Under the pieces are notes generated by a model. That model ran no database searches and was not told the origin of the DNA. It saw nothing but the letters and a program-made list of their open reading frames with translations. The position numbers and the translations under genes are program-made. Source: a virus (Duplodnaviria; Heunggongvirae; Uroviricota; Caudoviricetes). Taken from it: 64,000 nucleotides of DNA. Numbering within the stretch: position 1 is the first letter of the stretch; the number at the start of each line of letters is the position of its first letter. Below, piece after piece: positions 18,136 to 29,112 of the stretch. Location: IMG/VR virus record IMGVR_UViG_3300040801_001158, positions 9,359 through 73,358 of that record; one strand, 5' to 3'.

Positions 18136-19468
18136 ACATAATATAGAAGAAGCTATGTCTGACGGTATCGACAGAAGATTAAATAAATTTTCGTGGAAGT
18201 TTTCAGGCTATGGTAAACCAAGAGACATTCAAAAAAAAATTAGTTCTTTGAGTGACGACCAACTAAAAAAATTAGCAAAAACTGGTATACCGGATTATGA
18301 AGTAGGCGGATCTGGTAGTACAAGAGAATTTCAAATAAAGGTCATTGGACGAGAACTAAAGAAAAGATTTGGTTCGATTCCATATTATTTCGTCAAGGAA
18401 GCTACAGAAGTTGATCTTGATAATATAAATACAACAAATAATAAAGAACTTAAGGAAACAAAGATGTTAAATAAATCAATGAGTGAGTTAGTCGACTTAT
18501 TCGTAAACAACGCTCTAACTGAACAAAAGTTAACTATTGATGTTGACCACACAGGCGATGGTATTAAAAACGCCGAAAGAAAATATGGTATTAAAATCAA
18601 ACACAATGGTAAAAATCAAGCATTTATAACCGGCGATAAGAAAAGTTTATTAGCGTTTCTAAAGGGTCCAGAATATGACATGGACACAGATGATATTAAA
18701 GATTTTTTCCCAGAACTTTATGAAGGCAAAAAAGCACCAGTAACAAAAAAGCTTGATGACGGTGATGGAATGGATCCAGTTGGTAAAGGCGATGCCGATA
18801 TTGACAACGACGGGGATGTTGATGATTCAGATAAGTATCTTAAAAATCGCCGTAAAGAAATAAGCAAGGCTATTAAGAAAGAAGATAATCTTTCAGAATC
18901 TGAATCTGTGGAACTAGCCAAATCAATTTATAAATCTAACAACAAGTTAGATCAAAAAGGTATTTTAGGTGCAATGAATAAGATGCTTTCCGCTGATAAA
19001 AATAACTCAAGAATTAAAGTAACACGCTTAATGAATGACGACGATTTTGTTAGTGATACTGTTTCAGCATACAATAGAATGAAAAACGAATCTTTTAATA
19101 TTTCTGAAAGTTTTACAAAAGGCGATTCTGTTAAAATCAAAAACGCAAAGTCATATAACGCATTATCCAAAGATGAAGTGTCAGGTACAGTTATTCGTAT
19201 GGACGGTGATAGGGTACAAGTCAAGGTTGGTACAGGTTCAATGACAGTCGATAAAAAAGATTTAATTGCGGAAGAAGTTAATTTATTTGAAGGGGCAATC
19301 GGTGATTATAAAGAGCTGATTAAATTTGCTAATTCTGGCGGTGGAGCTGATAAAGGTGATATGCTAAAAGCCGCAGCACTCATGGCAAAAGGTGATAAAG
19401 CCGCGTTCGAAAAGCACCTAAATGGCATGGATTCGTACCCAGCTGATATAGTAAAATCGTACATTTAA
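18128..19468 (+). CDS. Putative internal head/core protein, modular
   Basis: DPVGKGDADIDNDGDVDDSDKYLKNRRK motif, many LxE/IxE sites, SH3-like module. Confidence 0.65.
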   Translation: MNKHNIEEAMSDGIDRRLNKFSWKFSGYGKPRDIQKKISSLSDDQLKKLAKTGIPDYEVGGSGSTREFQIKVIGRELKKRFGSIPYYFVKEATEVDLDNINTTNNKELKETKMLNKSMSELVDLFVNNALTEQKLTIDVDHTGDGIKNAERKYGIKIKHNGKNQAFITGDKKSLLAFLKGPEYDMDTDDIKDFFPELYEGKKAPVTKKLDDGDGMDPVGKGDADIDNDGDVDDSDKYLKNRRKEISKAIKKEDNLSESESVELAKSIYKSNNKLDQKGILGAMNKMLSADKNNSRIKVTRLMNDDDFVSDTVSAYNRMKNESFNISESFTKGDSVKIKNAKSYNALSKDEVSGTVIRMDGDRVQVKVGTGSMTVDKKDLIAEEVNLFEGAIGDYKELIKFANSGGGADKGDMLKAAALMAKGDKAAFEKHLNGMDSYPADIVKSYI

Positions 19469-19483
19469 ATGGGAGAAACTCCA

Positions 19484-19615
19484 ATGATAATAAAAATAAT
19501 AAATTTATTTAAAAAGATATTTGGTTTAGATAAAAAAGCTAAAGATAATGAAAAGAAGGCTACTCACAACAGTGGACACAGTAGCCGAAATACTGCAGTT
19601 AGGAAAGAGAAATAA
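19484..19615 (+). CDS. Small hypothetical protein (43 aa)
   Basis: GGAG RBS; MIIKIINLFKKIFGL... Confidence 0.45.
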   Translation: MIIKIINLFKKIFGLDKKAKDNEKKATHNSGHSSRNTAVRKEK

Positions 19616-19680
19616 TTATTATGATAGCGTTCTGATTTTTTCTAAGTATTAAATAATAATAATAACTAAGAAGAATAAAC

Positions 19681-20046
19681 ATGGTAACGTTAAACAAAAT
19701 AATATATGATATTAAAGTTGAAAATAACAAATCTGTCTCAATTGATGAATTGGTAGATGGTATATATGTATTCAGGATTATAGAAGAAGGTATTGCCGAT
19801 AAAGATAATCTTTTGATGAGTTGTCTCGTAAGAGATGAAGGTAATGGCTCGTGCTCGGCGCATGCGCTAACGAAGGAGGATACATGCAAACCTAAGGATG
19901 GTATTAAAAGAATGATATATATGAAAAGTCTTTTTGAGTGTCTTAATTTTGATATAATATACTTTAAAAGATCGTTAAATGGTAAAACTAGAAAAATTGT
20001 TATAAATAAAAACAATGCAAAACAAATGAGAGAATTTTATGAATAG
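19681..20046 (+). CDS. Hypothetical protein
   Basis: Open frame overlapping the next start. Confidence 0.55.
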   Translation: MVTLNKIIYDIKVENNKSVSIDELVDGIYVFRIIEEGIADKDNLLMSCLVRDEGNGSCSAHALTKEDTCKPKDGIKRMIYMKSLFECLNFDIIYFKRSLNGKTRKIVINKNNAKQMREFYE

Positions 20047-20425
20047 TATTAAGTCTAAACTATTTTTATTAGCAATTGCTTTATTGTGGTTAAGATTAAT
20101 CTTAGCCGAAGTAGAAACAATACCATGTACCATTGCACTTTTATGGAAAAAAGATAAAGAATATAAAAGATACGTGTGGGGTATATGGATTGGACAAGAT
20201 CAATTGGTAAATAGGACGTTAGGTGGAAATCCTGACGTGACTGTTTCTAGTAAAGTTGGATACTTATCAAATAAATTCGGAAAACACAGTAATACGCCAT
20301 CCATGACTGCAAGAGCAATGGAGAAATTCATTGATTTTGGTTTTAAGAAGCTGGCAGGACAGGATAACCACTGCGACGAATCGTTCGAAGCAGATGAAGA
20401 ACACTATTCATATTTTTGGAGATAA
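20039..20425 (+). CDS. Conserved phage membrane-associated protein
   Basis: DQLVNRTLGGNPDVTVSSKVG...FID..F....NHC motif. Confidence 0.65.
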   Translation: MNSIKSKLFLLAIALLWLRLILAEVETIPCTIALLWKKDKEYKRYVWGIWIGQDQLVNRTLGGNPDVTVSSKVGYLSNKFGKHSNTPSMTARAMEKFIDFGFKKLAGQDNHCDESFEADEEHYSYFWR

Positions 20426-20431
20426 AAGAAA

Positions 20432-21061
20432 ATGAATTTACAAGATTTCGATACCCTTGCTATTGCTCGCGGTGAAACACAAATCAAATATAGTCCAATT
20501 AGTCCTGGGAAGGCTGGGCAGTTTTTTGGAACGACTGGGATGTTATCAAAAATAGAAGCAGAATTTACTAATCCAACGTTAGTGCAACTTTTACCTTCTT
20601 TACCGCCAACTACAGTTGGCGAATTATGTCGAACTATTATAAAGAGTTCTGAAACCATTGGTTTCGCTATTGACCCGAATACTCCTGAAGGGGATTTAAA
20701 TAGAGCAGGTGCAGCTATTCTTGTAAATGAAGGTATTATTTCACAAGGTTTAGTTGATGCTTTCTTTGGTATAGGAGAGACAGTTACATATCCGTTTGCT
20801 AATAAAACAGAGTATGATTTTGCTATTGCGAAAGGCACAGTGGATAGAGTTGTATTAACAAAGACGGCAAACGGTGACTCTGTTATAATTCAAACATCAG
20901 CAGAGTGCGAATTACATTCTCCTAGAATAACTAATCAAGCTGGTACTATGATTACGAGATTTTTTAATGTTTCGAAAGTAGGGTTTTATACTCAGGTAAT
21001 ACCAAATGAATATAAGGGTCAGACACTATATGTAGATAACGCTTTTAATGTAGTGACATAA
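20432..21061 (+). CDS. Hypothetical (probably virion) protein
   Basis: Tightly packed ahead of the giant structural gene. Confidence 0.6.
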   Translation: MNLQDFDTLAIARGETQIKYSPISPGKAGQFFGTTGMLSKIEAEFTNPTLVQLLPSLPPTTVGELCRTIIKSSETIGFAIDPNTPEGDLNRAGAAILVNEGIISQGLVDAFFGIGETVTYPFANKTEYDFAIAKGTVDRVVLTKTANGDSVIIQTSAECELHSPRITNQAGTMITRFFNVSKVGFYTQVIPNEYKGQTLYVDNAFNVVT

Positions 21062-21066
21062 TTATA

Positions 21067-24000
21067 ATGGAATATTATTTAAAGTTAAGAGGTGGTAATT
21101 CAGTATTAGATATAGCATCCACTACTTTAAGTGCTATAAATAGCGACACTTTTAATATTGTATTAGATGGCTTATTCTACGAGAATGGTAGCACTTACCC
21201 AGTAATATGTGCTTCAAACACTTCTATTAGCGGATTGCAGTTCATTTCTTCTTCTTTATCCGTCACAAACATCAATTCTGTCAGAATTGGTTACACCAAT
21301 ACTACATATGATTTAAATACAACTGTAGATTTATCAGTTAGAAGAACAATTGAAATATCAGCAAGTAACTCATTAATTACTATAAGAGTTGATGGCAATA
21401 TAGTTGTGTCTAACATACCATTCCAAACAGATAGTGTTAATTCTTTATTAAGACTTGGTAATACATCTAACGGAAGCGCCTTGTGCGATTTATACGGGTT
21501 TTCAATTACTAAAAATGGCGTATTATTGAATGATTGGCAACCATCGTTATCTGCAGCGACGGGTGATATACTTTTTGACTCAACTGGCAATAGTAATATA
21601 TTAATACTAAATTCAATTCCAAGCGATGATAGTAAGTGGGTACTCGGCGCGTTTGATCTTGATGTATTAAACTGGCCAAAACGAGCCGAAATAACAAAAA
21701 GATCACCGTCATCATCTATTAATAGTTTTACGGCTGTCGTAACTGAAAAAGATTTGCCAGGAGAGATCTTTGACTTAGCAGAACAGTCTGATGTATATCT
21801 TAAAGTTAATCCTAATAATACTAGTGCTAATATATTTATAGACACAGGTTTATCAAGTCCACTCGCGAATCAAAAGGTAGAAGTTAAATATAAAATAGGA
21901 TTTGATGAACCGGTATTCGATTATCCTGGTGTTTTTTCTAACGCAAGATTGATAACTGTAGGCGATACTTCAAAAGGTTTTGAGTGGGGTACATCTTGTA
22001 CTATACAAGATTCAGCACCATATATACGTTTTGCTGAACACAATAATATCCTTGAGAATTCTACTATTACTTCATCTGACGTATATGAAATTTCCGTCGT
22101 GAGAGAACCAAATGCAGCAGATATAACACTAACAGAACTCACCAGAAACGAAGGCGGTATATTTGCGGTAGAAGACTATACAAATTCTGTTTTTGGTGCC
22201 CCAGTCACTCTTAGTTTAGGCGGTGATTTTAGTGGCAGGTCAAGAAATTTTAATTTTTATTATTGCGAGATATACTATGATGATGTTTTGGTATCGAGAA
22301 TAAGTGCTGGAGACTTCGATGCTAATAATGTAGCTTTAATAGATAGTGTAAGTAATACAAGTTTCCCATTACCACAGCCAGCTTATTCTGCTAGTAGCTT
22401 AAGGAGCACTAACACTGGTAGTGATATAAGATTATGTTTAAATCGCGACGGTACAGGGCAGTTACCAATAGAAATAGCCGAATTTAATACAGTTACCAGA
22501 AAGGCGACAATTTGGACAAGATTTGATGAACTATCAAATGGGAAATCATTTTGGATTTTTTACGGTAATATTGGTATAACTGGGTTTAAACCTTGGGATA
22601 CATATGGTGAGAATAATGTATGGCAAGATTCTGTTTTAAGATCTGGCCCTATATTAGAAGAAATAGATTCAACTGCGACGTATGCACCATCAGTTACAGG
22701 TAACGTAACTGTAACCGATGGCAAGTTTACCTTAGGCGCATATATAGAAAACGGCGTAGTAACGTACCCGTCAGAAGTAGTTTCATCAAGAAATTTCTCA
22801 ATATCGTTATGGGTTCGAACACAAGATTCAAACTCGACAGGATATATTTTTACAGATGGCGCAAACGTTAATAACATTTTTGCTGAATTTTTACCAGATG
22901 GTATAAGCAGCTCAATTGGTACCGGTACAACAGTAGTATCTTCAGACTTTAACGGTTTAATAGTCAAACAAGAATACAATCATTATGCATTTACCCATAG
23001 CAATGATGGCACATATTCAATATACGTAAATGGTAATTTGGTTGGATTTGGTTTAAGTAGCCCATTTACGTCGCTAAGTGAAAATCTTTCTATAGGAAAT
23101 AACACTGCGCTAAGTAGAGATTTAATTGGATCTATAAGTGATTTGGATGTAAGGAATTACACTAAAAGTGACGTTCAAATATTAGAGGAATATAAAAACC
23201 AATCGGATCCAGCTAGTTTTTGGGTTTCATCTACGCCAGAATCAACTTCGCTAACTGGAATACAATTAAGCGAATTCTTAAGAAGATTTGAATTAGAAGG
23301 CATAGCACCTAGCAACTCAGTAGAAGGATTGCCTGTATTAATTACCGAAGATAATTTACCATCAGAATTTTGGGATATTACTGAATCTGGTGAAAATTAT
23401 CTACAGTTTGGTGCAGGATCTGGTATACGTATAGAGAAAGAAACTAGATCAACTAATGTTGCATATATATTTGATCTTAAGATTAATACGTCAGATTTGG
23501 TATTTACGACCAGTCAAGCTTCATCTGTCTACACATTTATACAATTAAGTATAAACAGTAACGGTAGTTTTCGAGTTACATCTCTTTTAGATGGTACTTC
23601 ATATGATATAACGTCATCAACTGGACTTTTTACAGCTGGTGAGAAAATAACAGTAGATTTTCGCCTTTCATTTGATACACAAACAAGTTATGAGTTATAT
23701 TTAAACAATATTTTAGTTCTAAACAGCGCTAATATTGGTAATGTTCTTGACCCTCAATGGAATCTTATTAACGCCTGGCACCTTAATGCTTTAAGCACGT
23801 CTAATGGTTCACTTACTTATAGTATTTCTGACGCAGATTTATACAGGCTTAATGTATACACAGTAAGCGGCGGACTATTAAATAATCTATTAAAAGACTA
23901 TGATCCAGCCGTATCAACTAATCAAACTTTAGTTGATGTTGCCGGAAATGCTAATATTGCACTAACTGCATTCCCAGGATTTGAGCAACAGCAGTACTTA

Positions 24001-27000
24001 TTTCAGAGCGAAGGCGGTGGCGATTTACGTATATGCGAAAATAGAGATGGCACAAGAAGACTGCCGATAGATATAGTTAAATTTAACACAATTAATCGCA
24101 CCGCTGAGATTTGGGTAAGATTTCCAACATATTCAACAATTGATAGAAATATATGGCTATTCTATGGAAGAGAAGGTAGTGTACAACCTTTACCTAATGC
24201 ACAATACGGCAAATACGAAGTTTGGCAGGAAAGATACCAAAGATTCAATTTAGACGAAACTTCAGGCGTAATTGCTAGTAGTAGCACAGGAACAAATGAT
24301 GCAACTTTCAATTTACCATTACCAAGATTAGGTCCAAACCAAGGCCAGTTATTCATACCAGAATCTGGGGATAGCGGTGTCATAAATCTTGGATCAAACG
24401 ATAATTTAAATACATCACAGTTTACTTTTTCTGCAACTATAAGACCAAATTCGTCTCTATTAAACAGACAAATATTGAGTTCTGACAATTCAGTGGCAAT
24501 TACAGATAGATTTTGGCAATGGTTCTTAACTGATACAAATTTTATTAGTATTATTGTGTGGTCTGGCAGTAGTATAATAATACAAGAGACTGGTACAATA
24601 TCTCTTACGGATAATGTCACTCATAAAGTTGATTTCGTATACGATGGCTCTGCTTACAAAACATACGTGAATGGTGTGTTAGATATAAATCAGACAGATT
24701 CAAGACTTATGTCGGTTGGCGGCATAGGAAACACTGATTATTATTTGGGATCTAGAGGATTTCAGGACGGTAGTAATCCAGGGAGTGAAGATGATTTTGC
24801 TGGAGAAGTATTTGACGCAGAGATATTGTCTGGTATTTCAAAACCTATTGAATACATAGAAGTAGAATCAGCTAATATACTTTCACCATCAACATTTTGG
24901 TCTGTAAATTCAGCACCAGAAGACGCGTTTGATAGAACACCACCAGTGATTACAGTATCAGGTGACCCAATCACCTTTATTGGTCAATTTGGGTCGTTTA
25001 CACCTTTCACGTTCTCCGCAACTGACGATTTTGATGATGATGCTGAAATAACTAGTAGAGTTGTAATTACTGGCGAAGAATTAGTTAATACTAATGTCGT
25101 TGGTTCTTATATAATAAGATATAATGTAAGTGATATAGTTGGTAATCAAGCTCAAGAAGTCATTAGAACTGTTGTTATTACAGATATAACACCGCCTGAA
25201 TTAATTGTAGAATTTGAAAATAACCCAGTTATTGTAAGAGAGTTTGGTTCACCTAAACCTATTATAAACGCACTCGCGACAGATGATATAGATGATGATG
25301 CTGAAATAACTAGCAGAATACAAGTCACTGGGTACGACGATGTTAATATGAATGTTATTGGATCTTATGAGGTAAGATTTGATGTAAGCGATTTAGCTGG
25401 TAATCAAGCTCCAACCCAAATTAGGACAATACAAGTAATAGATACGATAGGCCCTAATTTAACTATACTACCACAAACAACACAGACTATAAGACAGTTT
25501 GAGTCTCCACCAGAATGGATTATAATTGCAAATGATGACTATGATGGGGCAATTGCCACATCTGAAGTTATTATAGGTGGAAATTTAAATGTAAACGTGG
25601 CTGGTACATATACTGTAACCTTTATAGTGGCAGATTCTTCTGGTAATTTTTCTGAAGAAATTTCTAGAGAAGTTATAGTTCTTGACGCGCAGGCGCCAAC
25701 TATCACTGTTTTTGGTAACGAACCGACTGTTATAAATGAAGGAGATACTTTAGCAGAATTTGGTTATGAGGCTTTTGACAATATTGATGGTAATATCACT
25801 GCCAATGTAAGTGTTAGTGGATTTAACGAAATTGACACAAATCAAGTAGGTGAATATCAAGTAATTTATAGTGTAACAGATTCAGCAGGAAATGTTGGTG
25901 TTACAATACGAACAGTTATAATACGTGATGTAACTAAACCTACACTTGAAGTGAATGGTAAAGAAACTACGATAATTCGCGAAGGATCAACATTCGTACC
26001 ATTTATACCAACCGCGTTTGACGACGTTGATGGCGATATCAGTGCAAACGTTATAGTTGGCGGTGATACGGTTAATACCACAGTTCCTGGCACATATATA
26101 TTAACATTTAATGTTTCGGACAGTGCAAATAACGCTGCCGATGAGGTTGTAAGAACTGTTATAGTAAGAGATAGATCTGTACCAATTATAACTTTACCAC
26201 CTGAGTTTGGTGATGTAGTAAACATTGACGAAGGTGATCCAATACCTGATTTCAATGCACAAGCTTTTGATGAAGAAGATGGCGACATAACCAATGATAT
26301 TGTAGTTGATGGATTATCCTTAGTTGATGTAAATACGCCAAATTCATATCCAATAACTTTTACAGTTTCAGATTCTGACGGTAATCAATCGGACCCTATT
26401 ACTTTAACGTTAATTGTTAACGATATAACACAACCTGAATTTTTTGTCATATCAGGGCAAAACCCTGTTAACGTTGAACAATTTGGAAATATTCCACCGT
26501 TTGAATTGGGTGCGTTTGATAATGTTGATAATATAATAAGTGACAGAATACAAGAATCTGGTCTTAACGATATTAATACAGATATTGTAGGCACGTATGA
26601 AGTATTATATAGTGTAACAGATGTCGCTGGAAATAGCGCACAGTACATAAGAATAGTAAATGTCCTCGATGTTACTAGGCCAACCCTTACTGTGACTCCG
26701 ACCACAAATATAATTGAAGTTTTTGCTAAAGAAGATGAACCCCAATTCGTAGCAACCGCGATTGATGAAGTTGATGGTGATATATCAGATAGAGTTGTCG
26801 TGACTGGATTTGTAGATATGAATACACCGGGTGTTTATATTTTACAGTTTGACGTAACTGATAGATCTGGAAACGCTGCGTTTCCATCTGTGCTTAGAGC
26901 TGTTAGAGTTCTTGAATCACCGGTTCAAACAATTGTTACATCACAGGCTCCAGACGCCAAGCCAGTAGCGACAAGTATAGTTGTTGGTGAAGATTGGGAT

Positions 27001-27339
27001 GTATTAATATCAGTTCCAAACTACGAAGTTCCTGAGTTAATATTTGGTGGTTCAACAACAGTAGAAACAGGCGTTGGTGAAGTTATAAGTCCACTTATGT
27101 GTTGCAATATAACAGCTAATACCGAAACCGTTGATGTTGAAGTTTACAGGTTAGCAGAAGATACAAGATACGGATTCGTATCTGGATTGGCCATTCCAGG
27201 TTTTGATACTATACCAATTCCAATGAACGGACAATTTTTCAAATCTGGAGATTTGCTTGAAATAAGAAGTAGTGCGAATGGGTCAATTCACGCGATCATA
27301 TCATATACACTAGGCCAATCCGAAGAAGACGATGTTTAA
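21067..27339 (+). CDS. Giant virion adhesin: DUF2341-like and LamG/ConA-like domains plus 8 Ig-like repeats
   Basis: Two DI/LR.C.NRDGT..LPI.I..F...A.IW.R domains, LamG-like FSISLWV/YAFT...IYVNG, tandem D.T.P...A.D..DG.I...V..G.Y...V.D..GN repeats. Confidence 0.8.
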   Translation: MEYYLKLRGGNSVLDIASTTLSAINSDTFNIVLDGLFYENGSTYPVICASNTSISGLQFISSSLSVTNINSVRIGYTNTTYDLNTTVDLSVRRTIEISASNSLITIRVDGNIVVSNIPFQTDSVNSLLRLGNTSNGSALCDLYGFSITKNGVLLNDWQPSLSAATGDILFDSTGNSNILILNSIPSDDSKWVLGAFDLDVLNWPKRAEITKRSPSSSINSFTAVVTEKDLPGEIFDLAEQSDVYLKVNPNNTSANIFIDTGLSSPLANQKVEVKYKIGFDEPVFDYPGVFSNARLITVGDTSKGFEWGTSCTIQDSAPYIRFAEHNNILENSTITSSDVYEISVVREPNAADITLTELTRNEGGIFAVEDYTNSVFGAPVTLSLGGDFSGRSRNFNFYYCEIYYDDVLVSRISAGDFDANNVALIDSVSNTSFPLPQPAYSASSLRSTNTGSDIRLCLNRDGTGQLPIEIAEFNTVTRKATIWTRFDELSNGKSFWIFYGNIGITGFKPWDTYGENNVWQDSVLRSGPILEEIDSTATYAPSVTGNVTVTDGKFTLGAYIENGVVTYPSEVVSSRNFSISLWVRTQDSNSTGYIFTDGANVNNIFAEFLPDGISSSIGTGTTVVSSDFNGLIVKQEYNHYAFTHSNDGTYSIYVNGNLVGFGLSSPFTSLSENLSIGNNTALSRDLIGSISDLDVRNYTKSDVQILEEYKNQSDPASFWVSSTPESTSLTGIQLSEFLRRFELEGIAPSNSVEGLPVLITEDNLPSEFWDITESGENYLQFGAGSGIRIEKETRSTNVAYIFDLKINTSDLVFTTSQASSVYTFIQLSINSNGSFRVTSLLDGTSYDITSSTGLFTAGEKITVDFRLSFDTQTSYELYLNNILVLNSANIGNVLDPQWNLINAWHLNALSTSNGSLTYSISDADLYRLNVYTVSGGLLNNLLKDYDPAVSTNQTLVDVAGNANIALTAFPGFEQQQYLFQSEGGGDLRICENRDGTRRLPIDIVKFNTINRTAEIWVRFPTYSTIDRNIWLFYGREGSVQPLPNAQYGKYEVWQERYQRFNLDETSGVIASSSTGTNDATFNLPLPRLGPNQGQLFIPESGDSGVINLGSNDNLNTSQFTFSATIRPNSSLLNRQILSSDNSVAITDRFWQWFLTDTNFISIIVWSGSSIIIQETGTISLTDNVTHKVDFVYDGSAYKTYVNGVLDINQTDSRLMSVGGIGNTDYYLGSRGFQDGSNPGSEDDFAGEVFDAEILSGISKPIEYIEVESANILSPSTFWSVNSAPEDAFDRTPPVITVSGDPITFIGQFGSFTPFTFSATDDFDDDAEITSRVVITGEELVNTNVVGSYIIRYNVSDIVGNQAQEVIRTVVITDITPPELIVEFENNPVIVREFGSPKPIINALATDDIDDDAEITSRIQVTGYDDVNMNVIGSYEVRFDVSDLAGNQAPTQIRTIQVIDTIGPNLTILPQTTQTIRQFESPPEWIIIANDDYDGAIATSEVIIGGNLNVNVAGTYTVTFIVADSSGNFSEEISREVIVLDAQAPTITVFGNEPTVINEGDTLAEFGYEAFDNIDGNITANVSVSGFNEIDTNQVGEYQVIYSVTDSAGNVGVTIRTVIIRDVTKPTLEVNGKETTIIREGSTFVPFIPTAFDDVDGDISANVIVGGDTVNTTVPGTYILTFNVSDSANNAADEVVRTVIVRDRSVPIITLPPEFGDVVNIDEGDPIPDFNAQAFDEEDGDITNDIVVDGLSLVDVNTPNSYPITFTVSDSDGNQSDPITLTLIVNDITQPEFFVISGQNPVNVEQFGNIPPFELGAFDNVDNIISDRIQESGLNDINTDIVGTYEVLYSVTDVAGNSAQYIRIVNVLDVTRPTLTVTPTTNIIEVFAKEDEPQFVATAIDEVDGDISDRVVVTGFVDMNTPGVYILQFDVTDRSGNAAFPSVLRAVRVLESPVQTIVTSQAPDAKPVATSIVVGEDWDVLISVPNYEVPELIFGGSTTVETGVGEVISPLMCCNITANTETVDVEVYRLAEDTRYGFVSGLAIPGFDTIPIPMNGQFFKSGDLLEIRSSANGSIHAIISYTLGQSEEDDV
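24931..26913 (+). repeat. Eight tandem ~83-aa Ig-like (DUF5011/HYR-like) repeats
   Basis: Counted in the translation: DRTPP, DITPP, DTIGP, DAQAP, DVTKP, DRSVP, DITQP, DVTRP. Confidence 0.85.
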
Positions 27340-27400
27340 TCTTCTTCGGATCATTCAATTGATAAATAGTAATTAATAATAACAAAAAGAGGAAATGCTA

Positions 27401-27694
27401 ATGGCATCTTGGGGTAAAACAGATACACTTGCAGACACACCAAAATATTTAACTAGCGCTGAGGCAGCTGATGCAATATTCGTTGACACTACTGAGGCAA
27501 AAGTTGCTTCGAATAGATCAAAGGGAATTAAAACTCCTGGTTGGAATACTTATACTGAATATACTGACCAAAACGGTAACACACGCAGAAAGGTCGAAAA
27601 TCTTGTCGTGATGAAGGTTGCTGCCGTAGACGCAGGTGATCTTGGTGTAACAGGAAACACAATTGATGAAGATTCTATTGTGGCTGATAGTTAA
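27401..27694 (+). CDS. Conserved T4-like virion-associated hypothetical protein
   Basis: MASWGKTD...GIKTPGW..Y..YTDQNG..RRKVE.LV. Confidence 0.7.
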   Translation: MASWGKTDTLADTPKYLTSAEAADAIFVDTTEAKVASNRSKGIKTPGWNTYTEYTDQNGNTRRKVENLVVMKVAAVDAGDLGVTGNTIDEDSIVADS

Positions 27695-27729
27695 TAAATA
27701 AACTATGATAAAGCGATAAGATAATAAAT

Positions 27730-28104
27730 ATGAATTTGACGGATGATACCTTTCTTTTATACGCAATGAAGCATTACGATAATCCTCATTGTACCGATAT
27801 TTCAGAATTTGAAGATGATCTAAAAAGATTTCAATATATTAGGAAACTCTTTGGTCGGTATAGGCAGGAAAACGATTTAAAGGAAAGGTTGATTCTTAAC
27901 CATCTTATAGTTATTTACAATGTATTTGGACACGAGGCAACTGAAATGTTATTTTTTAGATTACACGAATATCATGAATTCTTGAGACCATTTATAGAAT
28001 ATTTAAACTTTATGCCTAATGTTGTTAGTTATGATAATATACAAATTGCAGCGGAATCAATTGTACCTGACGAATATATTGTAAATATACTAAAAGGAAT
28101 ATAA
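27730..28104 (+). CDS. Conserved T4-like hypothetical protein
   Basis: YAMKHYDNP.C....EF.DDLKRF.Y..KL; ERLILNHLIV.YNVFG. Confidence 0.75.
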   Translation: MNLTDDTFLLYAMKHYDNPHCTDISEFEDDLKRFQYIRKLFGRYRQENDLKERLILNHLIVIYNVFGHEATEMLFFRLHEYHEFLRPFIEYLNFMPNVVSYDNIQIAAESIVPDEYIVNILKGI

Positions 28105-28105
28105 A

Positions 28106-28660
28106 ATGATAGATCTATTTTTAGTCTATAAATTTATTCGAAGACTTGCAGAACCATTCATTAAATGGGATGCGTTTAAAGAAGGAATTATCGACAAAAA
28201 CGGTAATATACTTATAAGTCGTAAAAAATTAAAAACAAGAAAACAGAAAGATGCTTTTGGTGTATTTGATTTAATGATTCTCAATTTAAAGAAACTGTTA
28301 TCAAAGGTACCTGGCGGGCAATCTAAATTAGCTAGTTATGCGTCTGCTCTATGGTTAATACGAGAATGGAATCACTTTACGAATGGAACATTATTAACTG
28401 AAGAAGTGACAGATAAACAGATAGAAGAATCAGTTACTATATTCAATAACCGATATGGTAATTATATCACAGATCAAAAAAATGTCAATAGTTTTTTTGA
28501 TCTAAATGAAAAAAAGTATATCGAAGAAGAACCTGTTGTAAACAACGTTGGATCTGGTAATATTGCTGGTGTTGACCCTGATGGAGAACCAGTGTTTACG
28601 AAGATTCAACAACATAAATATAGGAAAAAGAATCTAAAAGATCTAATGAGTAGAAAATGA
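28106..28660 (+). CDS. Conserved T4-like hypothetical (head-associated) protein
   Basis: LVYKFIRRL..PF.KWDAFK.GIID.NG; C-terminal EEP.VNNVGSGNIAG. Confidence 0.7.
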   Translation: MIDLFLVYKFIRRLAEPFIKWDAFKEGIIDKNGNILISRKKLKTRKQKDAFGVFDLMILNLKKLLSKVPGGQSKLASYASALWLIREWNHFTNGTLLTEEVTDKQIEESVTIFNNRYGNYITDQKNVNSFFDLNEKKYIEEEPVVNNVGSGNIAGVDPDGEPVFTKIQQHKYRKKNLKDLMSRK

Positions 28661-29112
28661 ACGAGCAAACGCGCAAAAATATATATGAACAGTTGAAACT
28701 AGATGAAGGTGTTGTCCATGAAATATACCTAGATCACTTAGGATATAAAACATGCGGGGTTGGGCATTTAATTGTTGAAGGTGATGATGAATATGGGTTG
28801 CCTGTAGGAACACCAATTACAGAAGAAAGAACGTTTGAATTATTTAATAAGGATTTAGACTTATATATTTCTGAATGCAATATTTTATATGGAACGTTCT
28901 TTTTTGATACACTGCCTGAAGAAGTAAAAGAGATTCTAGTGAACATGATATTTAATTTAGGTAGAACGAGATTATCAAAATTTAAGAAAATGAATAAAGC
29001 AATTTTTAGTCTTGATTGGAAAAATGCAGCTAAAGAAGGAAGAGATAGTCTTTGGTATAATCAAGTAACAAACAGGGCCGAGAGACTAATGTCTCGATTA
29101 GAATCTGTATAA
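28657..29112 (+). CDS. Lysozyme (GH24, T4 e-like endolysin)
   Basis: LKLDEG....YLDHLG..T.GVGHL; DSLWYNQVTNRA. Confidence 0.92.
   Translation: MNEQTRKNIYEQLKLDEGVVHEIYLDHLGYKTCGVGHLIVEGDDEYGLPVGTPITEERTFELFNKDLDLYISECNILYGTFFFDTLPEEVKEILVNMIFNLGRTRLSKFKKMNKAIFSLDWKNAAKEGRDSLWYNQVTNRAERLMSRLESV

Noticed and set aside
18371-18381. tRNA from GGTTCGATTCC T-loop motif
   Set aside because: It lies inside a CDS with no acceptor, D or anticodon arms; no tRNA gene was recognised in the window.
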